From: Thermoanaerobaculia bacterium
GTDB taxonomy: Bacteria > Acidobacteriota > Thermoanaerobaculia > Gp7-AA8
Direction: 5' to 3'
NCBI GenBank assembly: GCA_041748075.1
Contig: JBGTDX010000118.1
Location: 66,730 to 130,729 of the forward strand
Length of the DNA: 64,000 bases
Shown: positions 26,932 through 37,518 of the stretch, piece by piece
Layout: each line of letters starts with the position of its first letter
Position numbering within the stretch: position 1 is the stretch's first letter
Notes under the pieces: generated by a model
Database searches by the model: none
What the model was told of the DNA's origin: nothing
What the model saw: the letters and a program-made list of their open reading frames with translations, nothing else
Position numbers and translations under genes: made by a program

Positions 26932-27966
26932 ATGTCCTCCGACGATCGCCACTCCCGCCACCGTCTGTTCACCCCGATCGGGGAGCAGGGACAGGAATCG
27001 CTGGAGATCGCGCGAATCGCAGTGGTCGGCTGCGGCGCGCTCGGAAGCCGGATTGCCGAGCTTCTCGCTCGCGCCGGCGTCGGGCGGCGGGAAAACGGCC
27101 TGTTGCGAATCATCGACCGGGACTATGTCGACCTGTCGAACCTTCAGCGGCAGGCGCTGTTCGATGAAGAGGATGCGAAACGCTCCCGGCCGAAAGCTCC
27201 GGCCGCGAAGCGCCACATCGCGCGGATCGACTCGACCCTCCACTGCGAAGCCGTCGTGCGGGATCTCAACCCCTCGAACGCGCTCTCGCTGCTCGAAGGA
27301 GTCGATCTCATCATGGATGGGACCGACAACTTCCGCACCCGCTTCCTCATCAACGACGCCGCGATCCGGCTCGATATCCCATGGATCTATGGTGCTGCCG
27401 TCGGCAGCCGGGGGATGACGGCCACCATCGTTCCGGGTACCACGCCGTGCCTCCGCTGCTTCATGGAATTCCTCCCTCCGCTTGGAAGCAATGAAAGTTG
27501 CGACGTCGCTGGAATCATCACACCCCTTCCCTCGGTGGTCGCCGGCCTGCAGGTGGCGGGTGCATTGAAATGGATCGTCGCGCGGGAGATCGACCGCGGC
27601 GTGGCCGCCTTCGACGTATGGAAGGGCGGGACGAGCGGCGAGCGGCGATGCGCCGGAACCACTCCCGTCAAAGGTTGCCTGTCCTGCGATCTTCGCGAGT
27701 TGCCTTCTCTCGATGCCGACTCAGAGGAGCTGGTGACGCTCTGCGGCAGAAACTCGGTGCAGATTTCGAGAAGTGTCGTCACCGACCTCGAGGGCGTCGC
27801 GAAGCGTCTCGCCACACGATTCGATCTGCAGACCCACGACGAGTCGCTGACGATCGCAACACCGGAAGGCAAGCTGACTTTGTTCGATGATGGCCGAGTG
27901 ATCGTTGAAGGAACGACCGATGTGCTCGAGGCGAAAACCCTCCTCTCGCGCTACCTCGGAGACTGA
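26932..27966 (+). CDS. ThiF/MoeB-family E1-like adenylyltransferase.
   Basis: Nucleotide-binding IAVVGCGALGSRIAELLARAGVG, DRDYVDLSNLQRQ, and the CxxC of the ThiF family (TPCLRC). Confidence 0.75.
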   Translation: MSSDDRHSRHRLFTPIGEQGQESLEIARIAVVGCGALGSRIAELLARAGVGRRENGLLRIIDRDYVDLSNLQRQALFDEEDAKRSRPKAPAAKRHIARIDSTLHCEAVVRDLNPSNALSLLEGVDLIMDGTDNFRTRFLINDAAIRLDIPWIYGAAVGSRGMTATIVPGTTPCLRCFMEFLPPLGSNESCDVAGIITPLPSVVAGLQVAGALKWIVAREIDRGVAAFDVWKGGTSGERRCAGTTPVKGCLSCDLRELPSLDADSEELVTLCGRNSVQISRSVVTDLEGVAKRLATRFDLQTHDESLTIATPEGKLTLFDDGRVIVEGTTDVLEAKTLLSRYLGD

Positions 27967-27968
27967 AG

Positions 27969-28607
27969 ATGGCCGAGCCGGTCACATATGTTGCGCGCGA
28001 TGGGGATGTATCGCAGGAAGTGATCGGGAAGCTGGCCGAGTCGATCGGCGCGGGCGGTGTCGTGATTCTTCCCACGGATACGATCTACGGTCTGCATTGT
28101 GACGCGATGAACGAGCGGGCGGTGAGCTCCATCTTTCAACTCAAGCTGCGCGAAAAGAAAAAACCGCTCATCGTGCTGGCGTCGAGCATCGGCCAGCTGA
28201 CCGACCTGGGCGTCGAACTGAACGAGGACGTGGAGTCGTGGCTCGCCTCGATCTGGCCGGCTCCCCTGACGGCAATTCTTCCACTGCGCAAGCCCATCCC
28301 TGCAAGTGCAGGAACCGGGACGATCGCTGCACGAATCCCTTCCATACCATGGCTGCAGGACCTGGCCGGGAGGGTGGGGCCGCTCGCATCTACGAGCGTG
28401 AATGTCAGTGGGAGACCGGCAATTTATAACACGGAATCCGTCGAAGCACACATCAGAAAATCAGTTGCTGCCGTACTCGATTCCGGGCCATTGAGCGGTG
28501 AACCATCAACGGTTGTGGACTTTACGTCCGGTGAGCCCCGCATGGTGCGCGAAGGGAAATTTCGCTTTACACAGGAACTGTGGAAAACGTCGCGGAAATC
28601 ACTGTGA
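27969..28607 (+). CDS. tsaC: L-threonylcarbamoyladenylate synthase (TsaC/YrdC family).
   Basis: VVILPTDTIYGLHCDAMNERAVSSIFQLKLREKKKPLIVL... is the YrdC-domain signature. Confidence 0.8.
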   Translation: MAEPVTYVARDGDVSQEVIGKLAESIGAGGVVILPTDTIYGLHCDAMNERAVSSIFQLKLREKKKPLIVLASSIGQLTDLGVELNEDVESWLASIWPAPLTAILPLRKPIPASAGTGTIAARIPSIPWLQDLAGRVGPLASTSVNVSGRPAIYNTESVEAHIRKSVAAVLDSGPLSGEPSTVVDFTSGEPRMVREGKFRFTQELWKTSRKSL

Positions 28608-28794
28608 AAAACTCCAGAAACGACGCACACACCAACGAGAGAGCAAAATGCACAACTCGATGGGCGAAGCGATCAACCACCGCAATATCAATGAGTTAAA
28701 CACTTCACACGGAGTTTGCACGACTGAGGTATCACACTCCGGCAGGCTCGACCGTTTCCGCGGCTCCGGACGGCGGAAAGAGGATTGACTTTCG

Positions 28795-30174
28795 TCAAAA
28801 ACGCCAGTAAAGCAGGACGAGCGTTGCAAGCCCCAGGAAGGCGAAAAAGCCGGCCACATCCGTCACCGCAGTAACGAAGATGGAGGAAGACACAGCCGGA
28901 TCGAACCCGAAGCGCTTGAGAATGAGCGGCGTGAATCCGCCAGCGACACCGGCAACGATCATCGTGAAGGTCATCGCCACGAACAGGATCAGCGCCAGTT
29001 TGAAGTCGCCGGTCCACAATCCAACGATGGTCGCCGTGAGCACGCCCATCCCCAGCCCATTGGCAAGCCCGACGAGCAGTTCCTTGAAGATGGGTCTGCC
29101 CCGGGTTCCCCATTCCACTTCACCAAAGGCGAGCGCCCTGACGAATACCGTGAGCGTCTGGGTTCCGGCATTTCCGGCGATCCCGACGACCACCGGCATG
29201 AACGCCGCCAGGACGGCCCAGCGTTCGATGGTGCCTTCGAAGTAGCGAATGACGCTCGCTGCGACGAATGCCGTTGCAAGATTGACGATGAGCCAGGGAA
29301 ACCGCGCCTTGAAGGTCTTCCCCATCGGCGTGGAAAGCCTCTCGGAAACGTCGACGCCCGCGAGATGGAGCAGGTCCTCTTCCGCCTCTTCCTGGATGAC
29401 ATCGATGACATCATCGACCGTGACTACGCCGACCAGCCGGTTCTGCATGTCGACTACGGGTACGGAGAGAAGGTCGTACTTCGCCACGACCTGCGCCACT
29501 TCTTCCTGCGAGGAATCGACGCTCGTTCGAACGACATGCTGCACCATGATCAAGCTGAGTTTCGCGTCCGGTTCTGCGAGTATCAGATGGCGGAGTGACA
29601 GAACCCCGAGCAGACGGCCTTCGGTGTCGACCGTGTAAACGTAGAAGAACGAATCCTTGCGTGGGTATTGCCGGATCGCTGTGATGGCATTGGCGACGGT
29701 GAGATTTTCGTCGAGGGCAAGAAACTCCGTTGTCATCAGCGAGCCGGCCGTCTCTTTCTCCTGAACCAGAAGAGACTCCAGTTTCGCGCCGCGGGAGGGG
29801 TCGAGCCGCGCGAGAATTCCTGCACGCCGTTCGTCATCGAGCAGATCGAGCAGATCTGCCGCGTCGTCGGGTGCCGAGGAGTTGCAGATGGACGCGACCG
29901 TCGCATCGTCGAGATCCTTGAGGGTATCGATCACCTGATCGCGCTCGAGCTCCAGAATCACACGGGCCGCTTTGCCCGCCTCGATGAGCAGTGCGAAAAT
30001 CTTCCGCCGGTCTTCGAGCAGCAGCAGCGGAATGACCGGCGCGATGTCCGCCGAGAGCGTTTTGTCGATGATCTTCCGCAGCTGCGACAGCGCGTTATGG
30101 CGCAGGAGCTTGGTCATCACCTGCTGGTAGGAGCGGGCCGCGGTGGAAGCCGAATTCAATGCGGGACGGGTCAT
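28795..30174 (-). CDS. mgtE: Magnesium transporter MgtE.
   Basis: N-terminal domain, tandem CBS domains, C-terminal five-TM domain with GNAGTQT. Confidence 0.9.
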   Translation of the reverse strand: MTRPALNSASTAARSYQQVMTKLLRHNALSQLRKIIDKTLSADIAPVIPLLLLEDRRKIFALLIEAGKAARVILELERDQVIDTLKDLDDATVASICNSSAPDDAADLLDLLDDERRAGILARLDPSRGAKLESLLVQEKETAGSLMTTEFLALDENLTVANAITAIRQYPRKDSFFYVYTVDTEGRLLGVLSLRHLILAEPDAKLSLIMVQHVVRTSVDSSQEEVAQVVAKYDLLSVPVVDMQNRLVGVVTVDDVIDVIQEEAEEDLLHLAGVDVSERLSTPMGKTFKARFPWLIVNLATAFVAASVIRYFEGTIERWAVLAAFMPVVVGIAGNAGTQTLTVFVRALAFGEVEWGTRGRPIFKELLVGLANGLGMGVLTATIVGLWTGDFKLALILFVAMTFTMIVAGVAGGFTPLILKRFGFDPAVSSSIFVTAVTDVAGFFAFLGLATLVLLYWRF

Positions 30175-30288
30175 GAGTCCTCGAACCTAAACAAAACGCA
30201 CCTCGTTAGCAAGAGTTATGACCGCCGGAGGGCCGAATCGCCACTCCCGCACTCGTCCAGCTCCGCCACTCCTGATAGAATCCGCGCC

Positions 30289-31026
30289 ATGACTACTACC
30301 ACTCAACCCGAGGCCAGAACGGACAGCGCCGGGCAGCCGGCTCTGGCCCGCCAGTTCGTCAATTTCATGTTCTTCAAAGTCGACCGGTCGATCCGGCGCG
30401 AATCGCCCGAATTGCGGGCGGAGGCGAAGGCCCGTGTCTCTGAAATCGTAGAAACGTACTCGAAGCAGATGATCCTGCTTCCCTACTCGACGATCGGGCT
30501 CAAGGCGAAGACCGATTTCATGCTCTGGCGCATCGGTTACGAGATCGAGCCCTTCCAGTCGATGGCTGCCGATCTGTTCCGCTCGCCGATCGGCCCGTGG
30601 CTCGACGTGCCGGAATCGTTCCTGGCGATGACCAAGCACTCGCAGTACGTCGAAGAGCACGTACACGAGGGGCAGGAAGGACGACGCCTGAAAATCGTGC
30701 CCGGAAAGCGCGAGCTGCTGTTCGTCTATCCGTTCGTGAAGACCCGCGACTGGTACCTGCTTCCGATGAGCGACCGTCAGAAAGTCATGAACGAGCACAT
30801 CGCCATCGGTCACAAGTATCCGAACGTGAAGATCAACACGACCTATTCGTTCGGACTCGATGATCAGGATTTCGTCGTCGCCTTCGAGGCGGACAAAGCG
30901 GAGGACTTTCTCGATCTCGTGCAGGAACTGCGGGAGACCGAATCGTCGAAGTACACGGTACGGGATACGCCGATGTACACCTGCCGCCGCAGCAGTATCG
31001 GCGACGTGCTCGATGCCCTGATCTGA
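30289..31026 (+). CDS. Chlorite dismutase family protein (HemQ-like coproheme decarboxylase).
   Basis: 245 aa from ATG 30289 (ORF track frame 29668..31026 is a 5' extension): FVNFMFFKVDRSIRRESPELRAEA...VYPFVKTRDWYLLPMSDRQKVMNEHIAIGHKYP is a Cld/HemQ fold signature. Confidence 0.8.
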   Translation: MTTTTQPEARTDSAGQPALARQFVNFMFFKVDRSIRRESPELRAEAKARVSEIVETYSKQMILLPYSTIGLKAKTDFMLWRIGYEIEPFQSMAADLFRSPIGPWLDVPESFLAMTKHSQYVEEHVHEGQEGRRLKIVPGKRELLFVYPFVKTRDWYLLPMSDRQKVMNEHIAIGHKYPNVKINTTYSFGLDDQDFVVAFEADKAEDFLDLVQELRETESSKYTVRDTPMYTCRRSSIGDVLDALI

Positions 31027-31124
31027 ATCGGGATTACCCGCATCGCCGCCTCCACCCTTCACTGACGCAATGAAACGACTGGATGCGGGCGCGACGCCCG
31101 CCCTCCAGCCGCCCGGAAACACGA

Positions 31125-31520
31125 ATGGACAACCTCGAGCTGATTGAAGAAGCGACCGTCGCCCGAGAACGTGCCATCGCACCGTTCTCGAAGTTCATGG
31201 TGGGAGCGGCTCTGCTCACCGAGGACGGCGCCGTCTTTCATGGATGCAACGTAGAGAACTGCACGTTCGGCCTGACAGTCTGCGCCGAAAGGGTCGCGCT
31301 CCTGTCTGCTCTTGCTGCTGGCGAGCGCAGCTTCACCGCAATCGCCGTCGTCACCGCCAGCGAGCCTCCCGCCACACCGTGCGGACCATGCAGACAGCTC
31401 CTGTGGGAGTTCTGCGGCGACATCGACGTGATCCTCGCCTCAACCAATGACACCTCGCGCACGATGAAACTCTCAGCGCTGTTTCCTGAGCCGTTCGAGC
31501 TCAAACCGGAGGACCGATGA
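31125..31520 (+). CDS. cdd: Cytidine deaminase.
   Basis: CAERVALLSALAAGE...PCGPCRQLL is the zinc-binding HAE/PCxxC motif (as CAE...PCGPC). Confidence 0.8.
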   Translation: MDNLELIEEATVARERAIAPFSKFMVGAALLTEDGAVFHGCNVENCTFGLTVCAERVALLSALAAGERSFTAIAVVTASEPPATPCGPCRQLLWEFCGDIDVILASTNDTSRTMKLSALFPEPFELKPEDR

Positions 31521-32926
31521 AGCTTCGCTCGATATGGGTGGCCTGCGCTCTGGTCGCCCTCTCCTGCACCACCTCTGTCCCCCTCGCGGAACCGACCGCC
31601 GATCTGATTCTCACCGGCGGCACCGTCGTCACGATGGCCGGCTCGAACATAGAGAACGGCGCCGTTGCAATCCGGGATGGAGTGCTGGTGGCCGTCGGGC
31701 CGGCAGACGCGATTGCCGCAAGCTACACGTCTGCCGAAGTCGTCGATGCGCGTGGGATGGCCATCCTTCCGGGCCTGATCAACGCGCACACTCATGCGCC
31801 GATGGTGCTGTTTCGCGGCATCGCCGACGACCGCGACCTGATGGACTGGCTGCAGAACTTCATCTTTCCCGCGGAGGCGAAGAATGTCGACGCGGAGTTC
31901 GTACGCTGGGGCACGCGTCTCGCCGCCGCGGAAATGATCCGTTCCGGGACGACGACTTTCGCCGACATGTATTACTTCGAAGCAGACATTGCGCGCGAGG
32001 TCCGCAGCGCAGGCCTGCGCGCAATCCTCGGAGAAACCATGATCGACTTCCCCGCCCCGGACAACAAGACGTGGGAGGAAGCGGTCGCGTATGTTCGCGC
32101 CTACGCCGCGGAATTCAAAGATGACCCGCTCATCACGCCGGCACTGGCGCCGCATGCGCCCTTCACGGTCTCACGGGAACATCTCCAGCAGGTCCGCGCT
32201 CTGGCGAACGAGCTGGGCGTCCCGATTCTGATTCATGTGTCGGAAACCACTGATGAGCTCCGGCAGGTAGCCGAACGATCCGGTGGGATGACGCCGGGCA
32301 ACTACCTCCGCTCCATCGGCTTCCTGGGGCCCGACGTCGTCGCCGCTCACGGCGTCTGGCTCACATCGGAGGAAATCAGCATGTTTGCAGAGGCCGGCGT
32401 CGGAGTCGTTCACAATCCGGAGAGCAACATGATGCTCGCATCGGGTGTGGCGCCCGTCGTCGAAATGCGCAACGCCGGTGTCGATGTGGGACTCGGCACC
32501 GACGGCCCGGCGGGCTCGAACAACAACCTCGACATGTTCGAGGAAATGGCAAGCGCAGCCAGGCTCCAGAAGATAACGAGAAGGGATCCGAAGGCGCTCG
32601 GAGCCCGCGACGTGCTCGAGATGGCCACCATCGGCGGGGCGCGCGCGCTGGGGCTCTCCGACAAAATCGGATCGCTCGAGGCCGGCAAGCGTGCCGATGT
32701 CATTCTGGTCGACCTGCGGACGCCAAAGACTCAGCCGGTCTATTCAGTCGAATCCGCCATCGTCTACTCGGCCAGCGGCGCGGATGTCGTGATGACTATC
32801 GTCGACGGCAGAGTGCTCATGCGCGATCGCAAGGTCCTGACGGTCGATATCCCCGCGGTCCTGGAAAAGGCGCGGGAGTATCGGGATCGGATTGCGGCGA
32901 GTGTGGCGGGTGGAGGGGCGCAGTAG
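31517..32926 (+). CDS. Amidohydrolase-superfamily deaminase (MtaD/SAH-deaminase-like) lipoprotein.
   Basis: Signal plus LSC lipobox. Metal-binding GLINAHTHAPM. 4-bp overlap with cdd. Confidence 0.75.
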   Translation: MKLRSIWVACALVALSCTTSVPLAEPTADLILTGGTVVTMAGSNIENGAVAIRDGVLVAVGPADAIAASYTSAEVVDARGMAILPGLINAHTHAPMVLFRGIADDRDLMDWLQNFIFPAEAKNVDAEFVRWGTRLAAAEMIRSGTTTFADMYYFEADIAREVRSAGLRAILGETMIDFPAPDNKTWEEAVAYVRAYAAEFKDDPLITPALAPHAPFTVSREHLQQVRALANELGVPILIHVSETTDELRQVAERSGGMTPGNYLRSIGFLGPDVVAAHGVWLTSEEISMFAEAGVGVVHNPESNMMLASGVAPVVEMRNAGVDVGLGTDGPAGSNNNLDMFEEMASAARLQKITRRDPKALGARDVLEMATIGGARALGLSDKIGSLEAGKRADVILVDLRTPKTQPVYSVESAIVYSASGADVVMTIVDGRVLMRDRKVLTVDIPAVLEKAREYRDRIAASVAGGGAQ

Positions 32927-33026
32927 ATAGAACGATCGCTGGCGTCGCCTTTGCCCGTTGCCGAGCCGGAAAGATCCTAACCGCACGATACTTACTACGA
33001 ACTCCGTTTCGAAAGGTCCAGGACGA

Positions 33027-34838
33027 ATGAAGATTCTTTCCCTTGTCGCCCTCGCGCTGCTCGCCGGGTGCGCCAGCCCGGTGACACCGGCTCCCGCTCT
33101 CGTACCAATCGAGGGAGCTGCACCCGCGAAAGTCGTATTGATCTCCTTCGACGGAGTCGGCGCCGACGCGCTCCGGAGTCACATCGCGGCCGGGCATCTC
33201 ACTTCAGGCGGATACGAAGCGATGGCGAGCGGCGGGACTACTGCTCGCCTGATTACGGTCGAGCCTTCGCTCACCGCGCCGACGCATGTCTCGATCGTCA
33301 CCGGAGCTCCGCCGCAGGTCACGGGAATCGTCTCGAACACGTACCACCTTCCGGGCACTCCGATCGGAAGTTCGGCCAGCGGCTTCGTGGGTGACATTTC
33401 CGCGGAAACACTCTGGCAGGCGGCACGACGTCAGGGCAGGAAAGTAGGAATCGTAACCTGGCCGAGTGCGGATGCGCGCACACCGGAACGCAGCGGCGAC
33501 TGGGGCCTGATCTGGACCGATCCGATCGCGCGCTCACGGATTACGACACTCAGCAGGTCGGACTTCCAGGGAGAGTGGCTCCCTCCCGGCTGGAGGGGGC
33601 AACCCGATCCGGAATCGTTCAGTCCCGTACTGACCGCACGCGTTCCATGGACGATGGCTCACAACGGAGCAACGATCACGCGCGAGCTCGTTCTCGTTGC
33701 CCGCGACACCACAGACGACGGGGTGGTGAACTACGACCGCATCATGGTGCGGGAAGACAAGACGCCGCTTCCGGCGGATGGCGACTGGTTCGCAGTCTCG
33801 ACGGACGTTCAGCGGGACGGAACGACCTATCGATACGGATCATGGTCACGCGTTCTGCGCTTTGATCCATCTCTGAACGAGACCGTGATCTATTGGGGAC
33901 CGGTTGCTCGGGTGGAGGGGTATCCGGAAAGCTACCGTCGCATGATCGAGACGGAGGTCGGATTCTGGCCTTCGGATCCGGACGGATGGGCCGTGGGAGA
34001 GTGGCTGGCCGGGCGCGGAGGAATACCGCCGGAGATCTGGGCCGAACAGATGCTTCGATTCTCGAACTTTCTCACGCGGGCCACCGAGCTTTCGATCTCC
34101 AGAATGCCGTTCGATCTGCTTCTCGCCTACAACCCGACGGTAGACGAGACCGAGCACCAATTCCTTCTCGTGAACGATGCACAGTTGTACTCCACAGCGG
34201 AGAATCGCGAAAGGGCGGCGAGAGTCCGGCAACTCTCTTTTGCGAACTTCGACCGCACGCTCGCACGGCTGCGCGCGGCAACTGACCCATCGACGACCGC
34301 GCTGGTCGTGGTGAGCGATCACGGCCTCTCGCCGCTCGACTCACGGCTGACGTTGAACAAGGTGCTCGTCGCGGAGGGATTCGCGACGCAGACGGGCGAT
34401 TCGCTCGACCCGTCGAGTCGATGGGCGGCGTTCACATCGGGACACATGGCGCACCTCTACCGGTTCGGCGCGGCCGACGAGCAGGAGACAACCCGGCTCG
34501 TGAGCGTTCTGACGGCGCTGCGCGCACCCGACGGAGATCCGGTCTTCGATCGCGTCGATCGTAAGACGGCGCAGCATCATCCCAACAGCGGCGACATCAT
34601 GGCGTTCACCAATCCCCGATTCACGCTGAGCTCTTCTCTGCGCGGCGAGATTTTCGAGAAGACCAATTACTTCGGCCAGCATGGAGGTCTCAACCGGCAT
34701 CCCCAGTTTCATGCGATCTTCGCGGCAGCCGGGGCAGGAGTTGCACCCGGGCTCGAGGCGCCACAGATTCACCAGACCGACGTCGCGCGATTCGTGAGCC
34801 TGCTGCTCGGAATATCGCCGCCAGCCCAGGCGCAATGA
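33027..34838 (+). CDS. Alkaline-phosphatase-superfamily nucleotide pyrophosphatase/phosphodiesterase lipoprotein.
   Basis: Lipobox LLAGCAS. VVLISFDGVGADAL...TAPTHVSIVTGAPPQVTGIVSN is an NPP/AP core motif with nucleophile Thr. Confidence 0.65.
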   Translation: MKILSLVALALLAGCASPVTPAPALVPIEGAAPAKVVLISFDGVGADALRSHIAAGHLTSGGYEAMASGGTTARLITVEPSLTAPTHVSIVTGAPPQVTGIVSNTYHLPGTPIGSSASGFVGDISAETLWQAARRQGRKVGIVTWPSADARTPERSGDWGLIWTDPIARSRITTLSRSDFQGEWLPPGWRGQPDPESFSPVLTARVPWTMAHNGATITRELVLVARDTTDDGVVNYDRIMVREDKTPLPADGDWFAVSTDVQRDGTTYRYGSWSRVLRFDPSLNETVIYWGPVARVEGYPESYRRMIETEVGFWPSDPDGWAVGEWLAGRGGIPPEIWAEQMLRFSNFLTRATELSISRMPFDLLLAYNPTVDETEHQFLLVNDAQLYSTAENRERAARVRQLSFANFDRTLARLRAATDPSTTALVVVSDHGLSPLDSRLTLNKVLVAEGFATQTGDSLDPSSRWAAFTSGHMAHLYRFGAADEQETTRLVSVLTALRAPDGDPVFDRVDRKTAQHHPNSGDIMAFTNPRFTLSSSLRGEIFEKTNYFGQHGGLNRHPQFHAIFAAAGAGVAPGLEAPQIHQTDVARFVSLLLGISPPAQAQ

Positions 34839-34907
34839 CAGATGACACGGTTTGATGCGACAAGCATCGTCCTGTCATTGTCGAGCCTGATGGCGCCGGC
34901 TCCCGTC

Positions 34908-35165
34908 TCAATCGAGAATCTGCGGAAACTCCCAACGGGCCTCGCGCAACTCCTCCGCGATGATCTCGTCATTCTCGAGTCCCGCAAGCTCCGGCGCTTC
35001 CCAGTTGCTCATCCACATCGGGTTCACGTATGGCAACACCGCAATCCCCGTGACGCGAATGGCGAGACCCCGCTTGTCGAACCGCTCGTTGAGATGGGCG
35101 ATGACGTCAGCGGCCGTCGGAATGCCCTGGAGGTCATCGCTCACCGGAACCTCCTCCGACTTCAT
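34908..35165 (-). CDS. Hypothetical small protein (85 aa), translationally coupled to the sigma-54 activator.
   Basis: ATGA overlap with the upstream regulator stop. No recognisable motif. Confidence 0.3.
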   Translation of the reverse strand: MKSEEVPVSDDLQGIPTAADVIAHLNERFDKRGLAIRVTGIAVLPYVNPMWMSNWEAPELAGLENDEIIAEELREARWEFPQILD

Positions 35166-36556
35166 CGTTCATGAGTCTGATCATCTCTGATATCGAGCTC
35201 TTTGAGTTTGCTCAGCAGCGTCCTGTACCCGATGCCGAGCTTTTCCGCCGCTTCCGCCCTGCTCGTGCTGCTCTCCAGGGCCAACGCGATACTGGCCCTT
35301 TCCACCAGCGACACCGCGCGAGAGGTCGCGTCGGCGAGAGTACCGGACAGATCCACGACGCTCCCGATCCCCGCTCCTGAAGCGCCTCCGCTCGATTGTA
35401 TGATGAGATCGCGCGGTTCGATCAGGTTCCGTTCGCAGAGGATCACAGCGCGTTCGATACAGTTTTCCAGTTCACGCACATTCCCGGGCCAGTCGTAGTC
35501 GCGAAGAAGCTGCGCAGCCTCCGAAGTGATTCCGACGCCGGGCTTTCCGATCTCCGCTCCGATCTTCGCCAGAAAATGGCGGATCAGCGCGTCAATGTCG
35601 CCCCGGCGCTCTCGAAGCGGCGGCACGACAACCGGAAACACATTGATTCGAAAGAACAGATCCTCACGAAACGTCCCCTCGCGAACCGCTTTGTCCAGGT
35701 CGCGGTTCGTCGCGCAGATGATGCGTACATTCGCGGTGAGTGTCGTCACGCCGCCGATCCGTTCGAACTTCCGCTCCTGCAGAACGCGCAGAATCTTGGA
35801 CTGCGTTCCGACGCCCATTTCTGCGATCTCGTCGAGAAAGATCGTACCGGAATCCGCGAGATCGAACTTCCCCATCTGCCTCGACGCTGCCCCCGTGTAC
35901 GCTCCCTTCTCGTGGCCGAACAGTTCATTCTCGATGAGCGTATCGGGGATCGCAGCGCAATTGAGTGCAATGAAGGGGCGTTCCCGGCGCGGTGAGAGTT
36001 GATGCACCGCGCGCGCAAAGAGCTCCTTGCCCGTTCCGGACTCACCCAGAAGAAGCACGGTGGAATCGGTAGCGGCAACCTTCTCGATCTGCGCGGTGAG
36101 TGCTTTCATCGGCGGGGATTCGCCGATGATTGCTGGAAAGCCATGTCGCTTCTGATATTCCTCCCGCAGGAGCAGGTTCTCGAAACGCAGGCGGCGGTGA
36201 TCGATCGCCCGCCGGATCAGGAGGATCAGATGGTCCAGATCGATCGGCTTCTGAATGAAGTCCCAGGCTCCGAGCTTCATCGCCGTCACGGCATTCTCGA
36301 CGGTTCCAAACGCCGTCATGACGATTACAGGACAATCGGGGTCCAGTTCCCTGGCTTCGCTCAGGATCTCGATCCCGTCTTCGCCAGGCAGTCGCAAGTC
36401 GGTCAGAATGGCTGTATAGCGCCGGCCATCGCGAAGCCGGCGGATCGCCTCCGAGCCGGAAGTCACCCAGTCGACTTCGAATGATTCGGACGAGAGCGCA
36501 TCCTCGAGCATCCGGCCGAGGGAGTCTTTGTCTTCTGCAAGCAGGATGGTGGTCAT
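35162..36556 (-). CDS. Sigma-54-dependent transcriptional activator (NtrC/Fis family: receiver, AAA+, HTH).
   Basis: REC with Asp (AILTDLRLPG). AAA+ Walker A GESGTGKE and the GAFTGA-type loop (GAYTGA). ESGTIFLDEI. C-terminal HTH. Confidence 0.9.
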   Translation of the reverse strand: MTTILLAEDKDSLGRMLEDALSSESFEVDWVTSGSEAIRRLRDGRRYTAILTDLRLPGEDGIEILSEARELDPDCPVIVMTAFGTVENAVTAMKLGAWDFIQKPIDLDHLILLIRRAIDHRRLRFENLLLREEYQKRHGFPAIIGESPPMKALTAQIEKVAATDSTVLLLGESGTGKELFARAVHQLSPRRERPFIALNCAAIPDTLIENELFGHEKGAYTGAASRQMGKFDLADSGTIFLDEIAEMGVGTQSKILRVLQERKFERIGGVTTLTANVRIICATNRDLDKAVREGTFREDLFFRINVFPVVVPPLRERRGDIDALIRHFLAKIGAEIGKPGVGITSEAAQLLRDYDWPGNVRELENCIERAVILCERNLIEPRDLIIQSSGGASGAGIGSVVDLSGTLADATSRAVSLVERASIALALESSTSRAEAAEKLGIGYRTLLSKLKELDIRDDQTHER

Positions 36557-36569
36557 CGATTCCACCGCA

Positions 36570-37163
36570 TCAGCACTCTCTCACAGCGCGCACGATCGGC
36601 TCGAGGGGGCGATCGAGGAGAAACATCGTGATCGCTGCAACTCCCTCGAGTCCCGAACCGCAAAGATGCTGCAGATTCTCGAGAGAGATCCCGCCGAGTG
36701 CGAACGTCGGCCCGCCGGCGGCAGCCATGCGCATCTCGTCCATCGTCACCGCGGGCTCTCCCGGCTTGGACCTGACCTGGAATACGGGTCCGAGCAGAAC
36801 GTAGTCCGCCCCCTCACTTTGTGCGCTGGACGCGTCCAGGAGCGAGTGACAGGAGCGGCCGACAATGAGCGCCGGATCCACCGCGCGTGCGGCTTCGACA
36901 GGCATGCCGCGGGACGTGAGGTGCACGCCGTCGGCTCGTGCAGCGGAGGCGATGTCGGGCCGGCCATTGACGAGGAACCGTGGACCGTCAATGGGAATGA
37001 TCGCGCGGCAGCGTTCGGCGGCCCGCATGAGCGCCGCTCCCTCGAGCTTTCTGGCGCGGAGCTGAATGAAGTCGACCCCCGAGTCGCTCAGCTCGGACAG
37101 ACGACGGAAGAACTCATCCTCGCCGGCTACCGAATCGAAGTCGGCGATGGCATAACTCTTCAT
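36570..37163 (-). CDS. Thiamine-phosphate synthase family (ThiE/TenI-like) protein.
   Basis: FIQLRARKL...FLVNGRPDIASAARADGVHL...GADYVLLGPVF blocks. Confidence 0.6.
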   Translation of the reverse strand: MKSYAIADFDSVAGEDEFFRRLSELSDSGVDFIQLRARKLEGAALMRAAERCRAIIPIDGPRFLVNGRPDIASAARADGVHLTSRGMPVEAARAVDPALIVGRSCHSLLDASSAQSEGADYVLLGPVFQVRSKPGEPAVTMDEMRMAAAGGPTFALGGISLENLQHLCGSGLEGVAAITMFLLDRPLEPIVRAVREC

Positions 37164-37420
37164 TGTCCGCGGCTCGAGAACTGATCACGCCTTGCCTGGA
37201 GCATGTCCAGAAGGTCGCGAATTCCAATGAGCAGATGAAGAAAACCGAATCCGGATACGAGTCCACGGAAGTATGGATTGGTCGCGATCGCCGTGATGGA
37301 GGGAGCGTAGGTCAGGAGCGGATTTCCCAGCCAGAAGCGGGTCCATGGCGCGAGAATGAAAAAGAAACCGGCTTCCAGACAGTAGAGGATGAAAAAGACC
37401 CGCAGCGCCATTGGCTCCAT
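37160..37420 (-). CDS. Small hypothetical membrane protein.
   Basis: MEPMALRVFFILYCLEAGFFFILAPW..., two predicted TM helices. 4-bp overlap with the downstream gene. Confidence 0.35.
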   Translation of the reverse strand: MEPMALRVFFILYCLEAGFFFILAPWTRFWLGNPLLTYAPSITAIATNPYFRGLVSGFGFLHLLIGIRDLLDMLQARRDQFSSRGQ

Positions 37421-37518
37421 TGTAGGAGCGGCAGCAGGCAGGGCGCAATGCGAATGGCTGCCGGAAGGCAAGAAACCGAGGATTGCGGGCGGCGAAGACC
37501 CGCAATCCTCTCAACCCA

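Noticed and set aside
29668-30288. 5' extension of the HemQ-like ORF (track ORF 29668..31026, 452 aa)
   Set aside because: It overlaps the 5' end of the convergent mgtE gene on the other strand. The Cld/HemQ domain begins at ATG 30289.
34908-35165. Calling the 85-aa and 76-aa small ORFs (34908..35165-, 58756..58986-) confident genes
   Set aside because: Kept only as low-confidence features. They have no motifs. They are retained because of translational coupling (ATGA overlap) or operon position, not sequence evidence.
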